From Neodothiora populina (Eukaryota), in NCBI RefSeq assembly GCF_041146345.1, contig NW_027191413.1:62001-126000 (forward strand): 64,000 bases of DNA, given 5' to 3'. Positions 45,033 through 59,100 of this stretch are shown one piece after another. Every line of letters begins with the position of its first letter. Position 1 is the stretch's first letter. The position numbers and the translations under genes were made by a program. A model generated the notes under the pieces. The model searched no databases and had not been told where the DNA came from. It worked only from the letters and a program-made list of their open reading frames with translations.

Positions 45033-46448
45033 CTATTCTGCGGCAGAGCAGCAGGTGCATTGCACTGGGGCCCGGAGTAATATGATATACTCGCCCTCGA
45101 TCTCCTCAAGGTATCTTTCGACTATGGTCAGAGTGCGAATCTCCAAGTCATCGTCATCATCCTCGTCATCGTCCGTATCGTCCGTGTGACCCTCATCGGT
45201 CGAATCATCATCAGAATATGAGGGTGGCATCATATCGTGGTCATATGCGAATGTCTCATACCCCAAAAGACGCACTCCGCCCTCATGGGTGATCTCAAAG
45301 TCTTGACTCTCGTCATCGTCATCACTCATACTGCTGTCATCACTGGCAGCTGGGGTCATGCAAGCTTCTTGGCTCCTCTCGAGGGCTCGACGCGCGCTAC
45401 TCTCAAATTTGAACTTCTGCTCTGGAGTGACGAACCCGCTCACAGTGACGGGCAAGCCCTTCACAAAGGGCCATCCAGCGGTCAGCATCAGTGCAACCCG
45501 TTGGCGATGGCACTTGATGCGATTATCCACTTCTGCGATACTGCCAGGCTGGTCGGGATATGGCATGATGAGTTCTAGACTCTGCAGATCCATAGATTGT
45601 AGGACATGGTATCGTCCTTCCGGCAGCACCAATTGCTGCGGCTCGTCCGGCGTACTTGACAGTCTATCCATGACTGTAAGGCCGAACATCCGGAACCACT
45701 GTTCCCTGTCTAGTGCCAGCTTCAGACGTCGTATGCTCGCAATGGCGGACGGCATGCGGATGGTCATGATGTTCCATAGTGACCTGCCTTCTATAATCCA
45801 CGGTACCTGCTTGAAGACCATGTGACGTACTTCATGATAGATGAGCTGGTTCAGAAGGAACAGATCCAGCAGCTTCTGTCGGGATCTCCGTAATCGACCG
45901 CTCTGGGACAAAGACGCATTCGGATATGGCTCAATATCAGGGCCGATGACCAGTCGATATATCACGTGGCGTAGCTCAGCGGGAAAACATAGGAAATGGA
46001 ATTGCTTTCCGTTTACATTCCACCATTCAATTTGGCGGAGGAGAGAGATTCCAGAATGACACAAGTTTTGTGAGTGTAGGTATCTCCGGAAACTCATCCA
46101 TCGCGTTTGCTTCGTGCTATAGGGGCGTATCTCTACCACCCTGTCATGGGTGATCCTGGCTAGGTATGGCTTCCTTTCACCACCATGTGGTTCTAGGTCA
46201 AACACATGTGCTCGGGTACGATCTGACATTCGTGGTGAGGATTGATTGTCAAACCCTTGCGACATATTGAGGGAAGTGTTCATTATGATATTCATGTCGA
46301 ATCCAAAGGTATCGAAATTCTTGATTCGGAATTTATCAAGGTCGAGTCTCAGTTGATGGAGGACCATTTCTGCCGAGGTTTGAGGTCCTGGCCATGACCT
46401 ATTATTGATCCATCTGTAGACCGCGGCTGCCTCGGCGACGCTCGTCAT
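45033..46448 (-). CDS. Hypothetical protein with internal F-box-like motif and acidic C-terminus; start uncertain
   Basis: Long ORF; FHFLCFPAELRHVIY and NQLIYHEV resemble fungal F-box-like proteins. Confidence 0.65.
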   Translation of the reverse strand: MTSVAEAAAVYRWINNRSWPGPQTSAEMVLHQLRLDLDKFRIKNFDTFGFDMNIIMNTSLNMSQGFDNQSSPRMSDRTRAHVFDLEPHGGERKPYLARITHDRVVEIRPYSTKQTRWMSFRRYLHSQNLCHSGISLLRQIEWWNVNGKQFHFLCFPAELRHVIYRLVIGPDIEPYPNASLSQSGRLRRSRQKLLDLFLLNQLIYHEVRHMVFKQVPWIIEGRSLWNIMTIRMPSAIASIRRLKLALDREQWFRMFGLTVMDRLSSTPDEPQQLVLPEGRYHVLQSMDLQSLELIMPYPDQPGSIAEVDNRIKCHRQRVALMLTAGWPFVKGLPVTVSGFVTPEQKFKFESSARRALERSQEACMTPAASDDSSMSDDDDESQDFEITHEGGVRLLGYETFAYDHDMMPPSYSDDDSTDEGHTDDTDDDEDDDDDLEIRTLTIVERYLEEIEGEYIILLRAPVQCTCCSAAE

Positions 46449-47602
46449 TGTTTTACGCCGGTGCTGATACAATCTCTTTCAACGAAGAGCTGTAGTAGTT
46501 ACCGTGAATGCAGTAGGTAAGTAGAGCTGGTTAAGATCGTCCATCGCTTCTATATGAAGCAAGATGGCCCTGCACTTACCGGGTTTTCTTATTCTGAAGA
46601 ATGACAAGGTCTTCAGCCGGATGATGAAGTTTTCTTGTCATTGATTGCTTATGACAGTGAGAGTCGTTCCTGAATGCCTTGCCTTGACTGTTCACCTCGT
46701 CCAAAACCATCGACGTCGCCAATCCATCATTCAGAGCATGCTCAGTCTCTAATCCTTCCCAGCCCCTTCATTCGCCTCCACTGCTTTGCACGGTAACACG
46801 ATCTAGGTTGCATACTACTCAGTATACTGCCCTCTTATACAACACGGTTCCGCTCACATATTATGCCAATCCGAATGACCCTGGATGCAACCACAGGCGC
46901 CATTGGGTAATGAAATCGATGCATCTCATTCACGGAGAAGTCAGAGCTAGGCGCGAGTCAACGTGGGTACCAAGACTCATCGCCCTCTCGGTTCATCTCT
47001 CGAGTCTATGCCTCCTCACAGAATGTGTTGGAGCCCGTGCGAGAGCAGTGGAGTGTCAAGGTCACAAAGCTGTGGCTCTGTGGTATATTGTGCCCTGCTT
47101 GACATGAGAATCGACCTGTGAGCAGACACCTTCTCCTTACAATCTGCGACTGGTTGAAATCCTCGACTTTGCGACTTCCTAGACACATGATGCATGTATC
47201 GAAGACCCGAGTCGATCAGTACTCTAGAATCACACGGTCACATTCGGGGAATGGAACGAATGCTGGAGATTCGAGATATGTGCTGATGGGATTCGATTAG
47301 CTGTTTCTTGCATATGGGACGTGTCACAAGCGAGGGATGGAAAACACGATGGAAGCAACATTACAGAATTCCTCTAATGGTCGATGGAAGAAGGAAAATA
47401 AAGATGGTCAAGTGGCAACAACGCAATCTTATGAGCCCCAAATTGTAAAGTCGTCAAAAAGCTCCAAAACGCCCATCTTCCCGTCGTGGTGTTGATATAG
47501 TATGGATCAGGCGTAGCGCATCGCTTTCCGTCTATCCACCATTGTAGCGCTCAATTAATCATTCAAGAAATGGGCGGAGCGCATGTGTCGGCGGCGAGTC
47601 GT

Positions 47603-48535
47603 TTAGCAGTTGCATCCCTGTCCTCCCTGGGTAGCGGAAGACTCAGGCCTCAAGTCGACACCGGGTCTGGGACCGCTTCTCATTCCTCTCTGGCTTGCTT
47701 GCTCGATAGGGAGCTTCTCTGCGATGGCGGTGAAGAGTTCCTTGACATTTTCGGCAGTCTTGGCTGAAGTCTCGAAGAAGAGTAGTCCGGCCTCGTTTGC
47801 ATACGCTTGAGCATCCTCAGTTGTGACGACACGCTTGTCTGGCTGTTCAGTAACGAGATCGAGTTTGTTTCCTGCAAGAGCGATGATGATGTTCTCATTT
47901 GCCTGTCGTTGAAGTTCCTTGACCCATGCCTTGGCCTTGTCCAGCGATGTCTGCAATACGTGGATGGTTAGTTCTGATTCAGGCGCGCCTGCCAAGAAGA
48001 AAGCCGGAGGCACAGTGGATGCGGAAGGAACGTACGGCTTGGGTGATGTCGTATACAACAACGGCGCAGTTTGCGTTGCGATAGTACATGGGAGCCAGCG
48101 ATTTGTATCTCTCTTGTCCTGCAGTATCCCAGATCTCAAATTTAACTGTGGTGTTGTCGTCAAGGGCTATCGTTTGTGTGAGGAAAGCGGCGCCGATGGT
48201 GGATTCTCTGTAATCATCGAATTGATCCTTGAGTATATATCAGCACGAAACCTTTTATGCAGGTGACATTTAATGGCTAAGCCTACTTTTACGAAACGAA
48301 GGACAAGCGAGCTCTGTGTTAAATAAAGGGTGTCAGTCAGCGATGCGGTCAAGGCAAACAAGTCGTCCAGGCGCCTCTAACCTTTCCCACTGCCGATTCA
48401 CCTACACGAGCAGAACTAGTCAGTAATTTGGTCGCTTTGAAATGGAAAACATCATCGCCTACCGAGCAAGACCAACTTGAACTGTGCAAAGCGAGCACCT
48501 CCAGGTCTCCCAGGCTGCTGCATTCGGGCTGCCAT
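47603..48535 (-). CDS. YPT52: Rab5-family GTPase (Ypt52/RabB), 4 introns with two micro-exons
   Basis: [66 protein letters not shown]-terminal CNC. Confidence 0.93.
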
Positions 48536-49246
48536 AATGTTGTTGTGTATATCGGTGGATACGATATGGACGGACTATGTGATTGACTCGACACAAGAGG
48601 CGGCCGTGGTTCGCACTGGTGATAGATAGAATAGAGCAAGGAGAAGGGGTGTTGGTTCTCTTGATCTTTCACAATGTTATGGCTAGGATCTGATGATGAT
48701 GTCTTCAGATTCCGTCTGCCTCCAATTGCGCCTCAGCTGCAGCTTCCTTAACTTGGTCGGAAGCGGTTGGATCCCACCGCCAAGCCCTATCCCCATCGTG
48801 ACCGGATGATCAAAACATCTGTCCTAAATCGCCCTAGTCTGCTGCTGCAGGACTGGCAGGGTCGGTACGCACGGCCCTCAATTGCTCGGCCCTGGCGATT
48901 TCGCTGAACTGCACCTCGATAAGGTATTCATACCGCCCAGTAAAGAACGATACCTACAGTACAACAGATTAGGGCACGGGGTTGCCTCTGCTCATCCGCT
49001 CCCCTTGCTCCCGAGACGTCATATCCACTTCTCAGCACCACAGGCATCTGCATCCGCGTCTGCTGCACAGTACTTGCGTACCTATTTGGCAACAACACTT
49101 CCAAAGATTTATTCATCGATTTTCTTTGACCTTTCCTTGTGTTTTCAACCTATCGCATTTTCCTTAACTGACACATAGACAGCTTTGCTCTCGTAGTCCC
49201 CTTTTCTTCTATCCCTCCTCCTTTTGTTTGTATAGTGGTTCCCGAG

Positions 49247-51453
49247 ATGAGTTCAGTGCTGCCTTTCCGCGACATCAATGTCCACGCGTCTCCTGAGCAC
49301 TATGCCTTCTCTTCCCCGTCTAATCCTTCGGCGCCGACTCTGGTGATAGACAGGCCCTCTGGCGACATCAGACTCAATGATGGTAAACTTCTTGGTGGCC
49401 AGAGGGTTACCAGCATCCAGGGCATAATGGGAATTATCAGCTTGCGTTTGGGTACGCCAACAAACTTGTTGCGAAACATCTGTGATATCATACTGATGTA
49501 TCCCAGATAAATACATTGTTGTCATCACCAAAGCTCAACCTATGGGCCGAATCAAGGGTCATATGGTGTATCGAATTGTGGCAACTGAGATGCTCCCACT
49601 GCGTGAACGCCAAGTCCATGATCCGGATGAGGACACTTACTTGTTGCTGGTCAAGTCACTTTTGCACAATGGTCCTATGTATTTCTCGTACACATTCGAT
49701 CTTACTAACAGCTTTCAACGACAAGCTGTCAGCAATGAAATAGGTCCACTTTGGCAAAGAGCGGATGATCGCTTCTTCTGGAATCGCTTCATTCAATCAG
49801 ACCTCATCAAGTTCCGCCTCGGGCAGACTAACTCACGAACAAGCCAAGGGCCGCAACAGGCTGTTGATCCTTACATCCTTCCTGTCATGTTTGGCATGCT
49901 GAGGATTACCAACACCTCGGTTAAAGGTACCCCACTCACGTTTATCCTCATTACAAGAAGATCTCGACACAGAGCCGGAACCCGGTACTTCTCCCGAGGT
50001 CTTGACGACCAGGGTCATGTGTCCAACTTCAATGAGACCGAGCAGACAGTCATCTTGAACGACGATTCTTCCAGTGGGATGACCACTTTTGCAGGAGATG
50101 GCGGCTTCTCCAATTCCAAGCCTCGTGGCCAGGAGACCCAGGTTCTTTCTTATGTGCAAACTCGGGGCAGCGTCCCCGTCTACTGGGCCGAAGTGAATAC
50201 GCTAAAGTACACGCCGAAGCTCCAGGTTCGCGGTATTGATACTGCTGTGGATGCTGCTAAGCTACACTTTGACGAGCAGATCCACCTCTATGGTGATAAT
50301 TGGCTTGTCAATCTGGTCAATCAAAAAGGCAGAGAGCAGCGGGTCAAGGAAGCTTACGAAGAGATGGTGAAGAAGCTTGTCGACAGCCCCGCTGAGAGAA
50401 GCCAGTCAGACCGGATGACGAGGGAAAAGTTCACCGTCATCGACCCTTCGGAGCAAAAGCACGAATTCGACAAACTTCACTATATCTATTTCGATTTCCA
50501 CAGTGAAACAAAGGGCCTCAAATGGCACAGGGCTGAACTGCTTCTTGAACAACTGAAGGAGGGTCTGATGAAGGGAGAGTATTTCCATGGTGTCGACGCA
50601 CCAGGCGGTCGTATTGACATCATCAAAAAGCAAAGTGCTATCGTTCGAACTAATTGCATGGATTGTCTGGACCGAACCAATGTCGTCCAGTCCATGCTTG
50701 GTCGCTTCACTCTATCACGCATGCTCACCGACCTCGGCGTCTTGCGACCTGGACAGAAGGCGCAGGAGGACGAGTCATTCGAGCACCTTTTCCGCAATGT
50801 CTGGGCTGATAATGCCGACGTTGTCAGCAGATCCTATTCGGGCACTGGCGCACTGAAGACAGACTTCACTCGAACCGGCAAGCGTACAAGAGCAGGCGCG
50901 CTCCAGGATCTCAACAACTCCATCACACGGTACATCCGGAACAACTTCTCCGATGGTCCTCGACAAGATGGCTTCGATGTGTTCCTAGGAGCATACATTC
51001 CTGACCCATCTGGATTCGGCAGTGCCCACCAGTTCGCTGACACAAGACCTGTCTCCATCCAGGCTGTTCCCTATGTCTTGTGTGCCTGTCTTTTTTTCCT
51101 TTTCATTACCCTCTTCACTCGCCGCATGCCAGATGCGACTGTCTGGCCCCTGCGCATTTTCACTCTCCTATGTGTCATCACCGCCGCCTGGACCGCGAGA
51201 TTCATGGCTACAAATGGCGCGCTCTACGTATGTTCTCTGACATGTCTTGTGATACCACTGTCGACTAATTTATCAACTTTAGGTGAACTGGCCAAAACTG
51301 AATACACCAGCACATGCGACCGAGAGCTATCAGGATGCTCTCGACCGTGTCAGCAGCGACCCCGTTCTTGGCGCTTTTATCCCAAAACACAGTCGTGGAC
51401 GCAGTAACACCAACCTGGGTTACATGGAGGAAGGCAAGAAGCGCATAGAATAG
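49247..51453 (+). CDS. SAC1: Phosphoinositide phosphatase Sac1; introns 49452-49506 and 51228-51282
   Basis: RAGTRYFSRG, QTRGSVP, RTNCMDCLDRTNVVQ (CX5R), YSGTGALKTDFTRTG, two C-terminal TMs, tail KKRIE. Confidence 0.96.
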
Positions 51454-52228
51454 AACCTGTTCTTGGCGTTTCACTCTTTCTCTTCTCTACAGATTATTTA
51501 GAGTAGCTAGTCTGCCATTCTTCTTGCTTTAGCAAAGTTGCCCTGGGTGGGCGTGTATCAAAAAACTTGTTCTCTGTTTCCGACAAAACAAATATCTTAG
51601 AGATCACTTGTGCCTCGAGACATAGTCTTTGAGCTTCACGCCACTAGTCGTATGCGGTATCTTGAACTCCTCTGCAGAGTCGTATCCTGCTCTTTCAACT
51701 GGTAGCTCGTGCTCAAACACTGCATGTGTACAAGTGGCTAAAACGCACATGTCGTCTATGTGAAGGAAGATGCACTTCGGCTTCCGGATTACTCTATGAG
51801 CGAGGGTCCTCTATCAGTCCAAACGGGACTTCTGCGAGCACGGCTTTCCGGACCCTGTCCTCAGGAGAATTACGCCTATGCGGTCCGCGTGTGACGCTAA
51901 GCCGATGTTGATTCTGGAAGTGCGTCATGGGGCTGCAATGAGGCCGTATAGCCAGTTCAGTTCGAGAGGACAAGTTGTGTACTGTCCGTCGTGTTCAATA
52001 GTCGTGCGACCCTTAAGCGGTATGGACGTTCGCTTTGGTACGAGCCATCAGAGGACTGCGCACGAGCCAGGATACTGCCGAATGGGTCTCTGTCTCTCCG
52101 AGCTGTTTTCCGAGTATTGCCGAGTGATCATGGTAATAAAGACTGGCGCGTCCCGTGTGATACAAATGTACGAAGCGAGGGATCAAAGGGAGCGTTGTGC
52201 CGCGTTGGGCCATTTCTGATCAACTACG

Positions 52229-54022
52229 TCAACGTTGGGGGAATGTGTTCCAGAGCATGCTAAGAGAAAAGTCGGTGAAGCTGCGATAGACGCCAACAGT
52301 CTGAGCGTCTAGAGGCTTGGGAACAGGCAGCAGGACCTGGGCCGGTGGCTTGAGTGATACGCCCCTTGCCATGACACCGCTGGTGGGATCAAAGAGCTCG
52401 GGGTACTTGCGGAAGAAGAGCGGATCCAGCTTGTAGTTCGACAGGTCTTTGTCCATCTTGAGCTTCTTGAAGGCTAGACGGGCGTAGTGTGGCGACTCGA
52501 ACAACATGTTTAGATCTGCGACTGGCAACTGCAGGTCCTGTTGTTGAGGGGTCGATCGGGGTGCTTTGTTGCCCATTGCAATAACAAAATCAAGAATCCG
52601 GGCATAGATTGGCGTTGGCGGGGCCCCGATGATCAAGTCTGATAATACTCCTTCGACCGAATACGAGGCCACACAATCGGAGAAGATATTGTCAATATAT
52701 GGGTTGGCCGAATGGAAGAGGATTAGCTTGTCCCTAATCGATGCGAAGGGTAACCAGTCGATGATGCATGGATAATTGCCTGAAAGCTGTAAATTCGTCG
52801 GGCGATATCGAGGGTGGATTCTCTCATATGCCTCCTGTGATGGACGAAGCTGCCACACAGCAAAGTCAACGATATGGTAGAAGCGCGTCTTGGCATACCA
52901 CATCATCGCTTCCGGTCGGGCGACACTGTTGAACATGGACAGAACCATAGACACAGATTGCTTGGGACTAGGAAATCATATGTTAGCTCGTATATCGCAC
53001 GGCTAATGATACAACTTACATTTCCGGACGACTTGAAAGCGACATGCCGAAACTTTGCCACTTTCCTCGTAAGCAATTATACAATGTCGTGAGATGCTCT
53101 GAAAATGGAGAATTTGAAGGCGTCCATTCCATCTCCAAGGCAGTGCTTGTGTCCTGACTCGCGTTGAAAGCTCTCGTGTATGCTTCGGGGCCCATTTGAT
53201 ACTCGAATGTCCACGTATTCGGGATGTGGGATATCTCCACCGGTGATTGATGCTGAAGGTTAGAAGGAGACTTGTTCGAGTAAGTAGTAAGTCCCCAGCT
53301 TGGTTCTGCTCCACTCTGGTCCATCAGCGAATTCAGAGCAAGGTTGTCACTCTGAGATTGACTCTCTGCTTGGCGGCCATCTGATGGCAATTCTTCGATG
53401 AAGCCCATACTGGAAGTCGACTGGACATTGTTGGGACTTAGAGGGTCGCCAGGAACCACGTAGAAGTTCTCCGTAGTGGCATTCTGGCCGCTTTCTGGCA
53501 GACCCAGACTTTGTTCCCGGCCTTTAGTCTCCACAGTATTTTGTGGCTCGGGAGAAGAATCCTGTTTTACGACAACTTCAACTTCATCCTCTGATTTACT
53601 CTTATCGAGCTAGTCAGCATACTTGCACTGCCGTACTTATATCATTCGAGATTCGCTCACCGAGAGATTCAGGGCACCAGAGATAGTATTTGTCAGTGTC
53701 TGGAGTGTCACTTGCACACTTTCCAACTTGTTGTTGACATTGAGCAGTTGACTGCGGAGAGACTTGTTCTCTTCCTCCAGTTCGGCTACCCGCTCGTCAT
53801 CGGATTTCGAGAGACCAGCAACTCGATTTTCGAGCTCTCTGATATATTCTGCTTGTCGATTTCGAAATGCCTTCTGAGAGAGACGATTTCGCTGCTTCCT
53901 GTTGCGATTGTCAAAGTGGGCTCACCTTTTAATCGCCTCGTCACCGCATACTTGCGCTCAGCCTCGATTGTGTCAGAAGAGGCTCCTTGGCTTTGTTGTT
54001 TGGCTTCACGCGTACGTGTCAT
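52229..54022 (-). CDS. bZIP transcription factor with DUF3425-like C-terminal domain, 3 introns
   Basis: Spliced ERK|RKQRNRLSQKAFRNRQAEYIRELENRV; YRPTNLQL...YPCIIDWLPFASIRDKLI; YKLDPLFFRKYP. Confidence 0.85.
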
Positions 54023-54827
54023 TCCTTCTAGAGAAGTTGAGCCGACGAGATTATGGATGACATTCACACACTTGTAGCGATGTATGAACTACCTGTGAAT
54101 CACCTATAAGAAGTACAGGCTGTAGTTGGATGAATTTATCTCTCTGGGGAACTTGCACCCGAAGCCGGAGCGCTTCCGAACTGAGAAGAGGTCTTGGCAA
54201 AGAACACAATAACTGCTATAATGTAGGTCACGCCGCGTGTCATATGATTAAATGCTCTTTCTATCGGCACGTCTCGGATCATATACAGTACATACTTCAC
54301 TCAGTCTATGAGAACACCCCGAATCCTCACTGCTCCCAGTAATGGCAGTGTTCGACAAATCAAAGACTAAGGTATTCAGCGCGCTCCACGCACCCGGAAG
54401 TCAATGGCTGTGACGCCATGAACTCTGCCGATCCCACCATATCTTACTTCATGTATTCATTCATATCCTCTCCCATTCCTCTTGAACCTCTTTTGTCCAG
54501 CCTGCTTCAATCTTCGATGTCTTAAGTCAGCTTCGGAATCGTCTCTAGTGTGTTACTGTCCAAGTGTAGGCACAGAGCTTAATCGGGCACTACGGTGACT
54601 TGTGAGGCAGCATTAGTCGTTTACCAACAGGATCGCTTTGGGATGATCCAGCACAGCAATTACTGTCGATGATGACTGAGCGAATCTGTCATCTCTCCTT
54701 GGACCTGGCCTAATTGTCTACCTTCAGGGATAGTCTTATGTTGTTCGCTACCCAGTAAGCTGTGATTATTGGCTTTTCGAGCGCCCCCGTACATTAGTGT
54801 ACTGGTCTCAGGATAATTATATCGAAT

Positions 54828-54922
54828 GGCGCGATGGCCGAGCGGTCTAAGGCGATAGACTAGAACTTGATTCTTGATATCTATTATTTTCGGATGCGCA
54901 GGTTCAAATCCTGCTCGCGTCG
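54828..54922 (+). tRNA. tRNA-Ser(AGA), 13-nt intron 54866-54878
   Basis: Acceptor GGCGCGA/TCGCGTC, G73, anticodon stem ATAGA/TCTAT, long variable arm, GGTTCAAATCC, downstream T-run. Confidence 0.93.
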
Positions 54923-55315
54923 ATATTTCTTTTGGTCTTGCTGTGCTCAACCTTCTAGCACAAAACATAACAATCGAGTAGGTCTTTGAGTGTTCCTTAT
55001 ATGCTGTGCATGGAGTTCGGTAAAGCCCTTATTTTTCATTATACTGGATTGAATTTGTGCCGTCTTGGCTTTGTCTCCCTCGAATTTGTATAGTAACTGC
55101 TTCCTGGTACACACGCCATTCTCTCGAGAAATAAGTGTCCTTCTCTCAGGCCATAATCAGATTATCAGATTAATAATTTTGCGAGCATAAGCTAGTGACC
55201 AGAAGTGTCCTCTTGATATCATGGATGTTTCAATTGGAGTTCAACATTCAATCGCACGGACGCAAGAGTCAGAGAGAATATATACTACTTACCTGTGCCA
55301 AACTTCCATGAACCA

Positions 55316-55409
55316 GGCCAGATGGCCGAGCGGTCTAAGGCGCTAGCTTCAGGTGTTTACATCAAACTGCTAGTCAGAAATGGCGTGGGTTCGAATCCCA
55401 CTCTGGTCA
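55316..55409 (+). tRNA. tRNA-Leu(CAG), 14-nt intron 55354-55367
   Basis: Acceptor GGCCAGA/TCTGGTC, A73, anticodon stem CTAGC/GCTAG with TT-CAG-G loop, GGTTCGAATCCC, downstream T-run. Confidence 0.93.
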
Positions 55410-56168
55410 CTATCTCTTTTGTTTTTGTTTGCAGGGTCGACATGTATACCCTGCGTCTTCTAATATATCGCTGTTAAACATGTTCGTCTTAGATCAGGGA
55501 GGTGCTTCATTTTGGAACCTGCTGTACTTAGTTATGAGCTGAGCTTGGTTTTTCTAGCAGGGCTCGAGGGCAACCCTGTCCTTTCGGCGTTGATACTGTG
55601 CCCATCTATAGTACTCATGCTACTCATCACTTGAGTCACAAAAGATATATCATATTTGTTCTTGAGGTCTGGTTTTACTCGTACTATTGATTAGGTATGG
55701 GCGGTTCGAATCTAGAATAGGGAGCGGACGATGTAGCGGTACTTGAAGCGTTGATGATGACCTGCCTTATCTTACCCCACGACCACATAGGTAATCAGTA
55801 GATATTTGGTACAACCACTATGTTCTATGCCGAGAAATGCACGGCGAAAGAAATCAACACGGTAAGAGCGATGAGGAGCGTGCAGAATCACCATCCAATT
55901 TCTCGAATGAGCCAACACTGATGTTGTCCTGTTGTTGATACAAAAAATCTCCTCCATAAGTAGAAAATCCCTACATTACACAAGGCAAGTGATTGAGCGA
56001 TGCTACAACCGCTATAAAACCCAATAAACGCCATTGCTATGCTTATCATTAAAACGTGTTCTTCTCAGATAGAAAAAGTCAATAAAGCGAACCACCCCCA
56101 CCAGTCAAAACCTCAAATGAAATGTAACACATCTCATCACCGAGTCAGCTCGATTTATGATCCTTACT

Positions 56169-59100
56169 CTATGCAAAAGTCATCGTGCTCATTTCCCGAA
56201 TCGTTGCCTCGTTCATCAAATGACCTTCGCCCACCAATCTTTCTGCTTCTTTCTTGCCCTTGATCGAGGACGCGGGTTGTTCACTCCCATCAAAACCTCT
56301 GCCAAATGGACCGGCTACTTGAGCCAGCTCCCCGCCCGTCCTTCGAGCGCCGTCGCCACTACTCCTCGGTAAGTTTTCTGCGGCGGCGTTGTGTTCCATG
56401 CTGGTTCTGTCGGTTCCTTGTGCACCGGGCATGACATTTGGCGATTGATTGAGGAAGCCGTGCCAAACATTGGGTGCTTGAAGTACATATTGCATCATTG
56501 ACACTCTGAAACGATTGCGGTAGTCCTTGGGAGAAGTGATGGTAGGTTTGTTCTTGCCGCGATCCTTGATCCACGACTCGAGTTTCTTGTCCCAGGTATA
56601 GGTGCGGATACAATCGATGATTCCCACCACGAGTTCCTTCTTGTCGTCGTCGAATCCGGCCATCAAGCTATAGTCCATAACGTTTTGCTTGCACAACCAC
56701 ATCGTGTCATTCCAGACACCGGCACGCAAGAGTTTGCGAGCATGCTCTCGAACAAACAGAGGAGTTTCAAATATTGTTTCGACGAGGTTCTCATCTAGCA
56801 AAACTTCATCAGGTTGACCAGTGCTCTCGATCTTGCGATTTCGCATGCTGCCCTTCAGGTCGAACCTGCGGGTAGGGTTGCGAGAGTAGAAGAGATTTTC
56901 CATGACGAGTAGGTACGAACTGAATTCGGTACCAGTGGCGGGATTCTTGATGATGACCTGGAAAAGACCAAACATTTTCGCAATTACACTGGGTACACCG
57001 TGGAACAGAGTGTGGCTCATAAAGCTGAAATAATCGGGTGCGAATTTTGTGAAGGCTTTGAGCTCGACCTCTTGCAGAGATTTGATCACGAACCGATCAT
57101 CGAGCGTTTTGAGAAATAACGACTTCGTTTTACCTCCCTTGCTGTCCCATTTGGCGCAGCGAGACAGCGATTCGACAAAGCGGTCGCTCACACCACACTT
57201 GCGGCGCAATGCATCAAATGATTCTGCGTAGAAGATCTTGCATGTGGTCTTGACAGGCCCGTGGGCGAAGCTGTACTTCATGTGTGTGCCGGTCGGGCTG
57301 ATGAGGGAAGCCTCAATCGCCGCCTGCGCGCTGGCAACGCTGGAAGCAGACAGCTGTGCGGGAAAAGAGAAGCTTCCCTGAGACGCAGTATGAGAATGCG
57401 ATGATCCGGTCTTAAGGGGCGTAGGGTTTAGTCGGAAAGCGTCGACCTTGGCCACATAGTCCGCGCAGGACAGCGCGAGTGCGATAACGGAGGCCGGCTC
57501 ATCCTCACGGACGACAATGTCGCTGTCGTCGAAGACATGCTCGGTAGGACTTAAAGGATAATCGAGAGGCATCCATCCAGATGCGGAGCGCTCAGACCAG
57601 AACGATGTTAGCATCTTCATCAGGCTCGATTTCTCGTGCTTGGGGATGGTAAGATCAAGATGCTGATCGATTTCGTGAGGCGAAGAAGGAGATAGGGCGG
57701 AGGAAGATGAAGCGGTAGACAATGGGCCAGTCCTGTCTCGCTTGCGACTTGGCGTAGGTATCATGTTCTCAACATCGGTCGCGTCTCCATCAGCTTCGGT
57801 ATCGGTGTGGGCACCCACTGTCGAGTCACCCATTTCAGTGTCCGTGGCATAGTGATCTGTATTGTCACCTTCGTCCTGCGGATCATGAGTACTCGCATCG
57901 TCAACTGGGTCCGATGCCTGTTGCGATTGTTCATGCGACGGATCTGGTCCACTCAATGGTATCCTGTCATAGTCAAAATCCACCTTTTCCTCTCCCACAG
58001 CTAGTCGCGGGTCGGTGTAGACTTCGACGACAGGTCGACTACTAGCCAACGGATTTGCCCGGACTTGTCTACTTCTAGCAGCACGCTGCCTGCGCTCCCG
58101 CAGTCTCTCGCGCTCAAACTCGCGAGACAATTGCTCAAAGTGTTTGGCCAGAGCTGACACCCGCGTGCTGTTCTCATTTGCTCTACTAGGAACTGATCGA
58201 GGTATCAGGGAAGCTTGGGCTTTGCGCCCTGTACCCAATCGGTCGGCCAATCGTTGCTCAATTGTTTTAGCTAGTCTTTCATTCTGCACGTTATCGTTCT
58301 GCGTTGGTGTAGCAGAGCCCGATCCCTCCCCACTTCCAGAAGCCTCTGCGGTAGAAGGCATGTTTCCGGTAAGATCCGCACTACGTCGCGGGACATGACT
58401 GGGCTGAGATTGAGCTCGAGTCAGGGTAGGAGAGGGCGGTCCGCGGCTCTTCAGACCAGCAAGACGTGGAATTCTGGACTCAGGCATGGCTTCATTTCCA
58501 CCTGCACCATTGGCCGCAGATCTCATCTGCTCGATCCTCTCGAGTATAGTTGAATTGAGTGGCTTAGGCTCAACGGCGAAGGACTCGGAAGATTTAGAAT
58601 CAGTGCTTGACTTTCTCTCGGCGCTTGTTGCAGGCGCCTCGGGCTCGCTGACGTTCTCATTTGGCAGACTTGGCGGTACAGCCAAATCAAGATGTTTGAC
58701 ATCGCCTCTATCTGCAGCCTGCTCGCGTTCACTGGGAGATAATTTTCTCGCAAGCTCGAGAGGTTCTGAAGCTTCTGTTGGAGCTTCACCGGCAACCGAA
58801 TCGGACGCGGGCTTTTGTTCATCGCCACCAAGTTCACTATATCTGTTTTCTTGCACGACTGAAGACATTATGTCCTGCGTCTTCTCCGATCTTAGATGTT
58901 CATCAGTCAATTTCATCGAAGATGGCGGAGCTCTGTCCTGCATCTCCATCCCATCTTCAGTATCGCTGGCATCGTTGCTTTGCTGATCGACAACCTCACC
59001 ACGGTCGAGGAATATTTTCTTCAGCTGAAGTGTAGCCAATCGTCGGATATCATTTTCGGATGGGAAGTAGTTGCGTTCAAAGTCCGCGAATGCATCATCC

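Noticed and set aside
54833..55342. Identical 22-nt sequence GATGGCCGAGCGGTCTAAGGCG in both tRNAs
   Set aside because: Conserved D-arm/A-box of class II tRNAs, not a separate repeat system
55316..55409. TCA triplet in the anticodon loop suggesting a Sec/opal-suppressor tRNA, or CUG-Ser reassignment
   Set aside because: Stem register CTAGC/GCTAG places CAG at 34-36; T33 and A73 fit an ordinary tRNA-Leu
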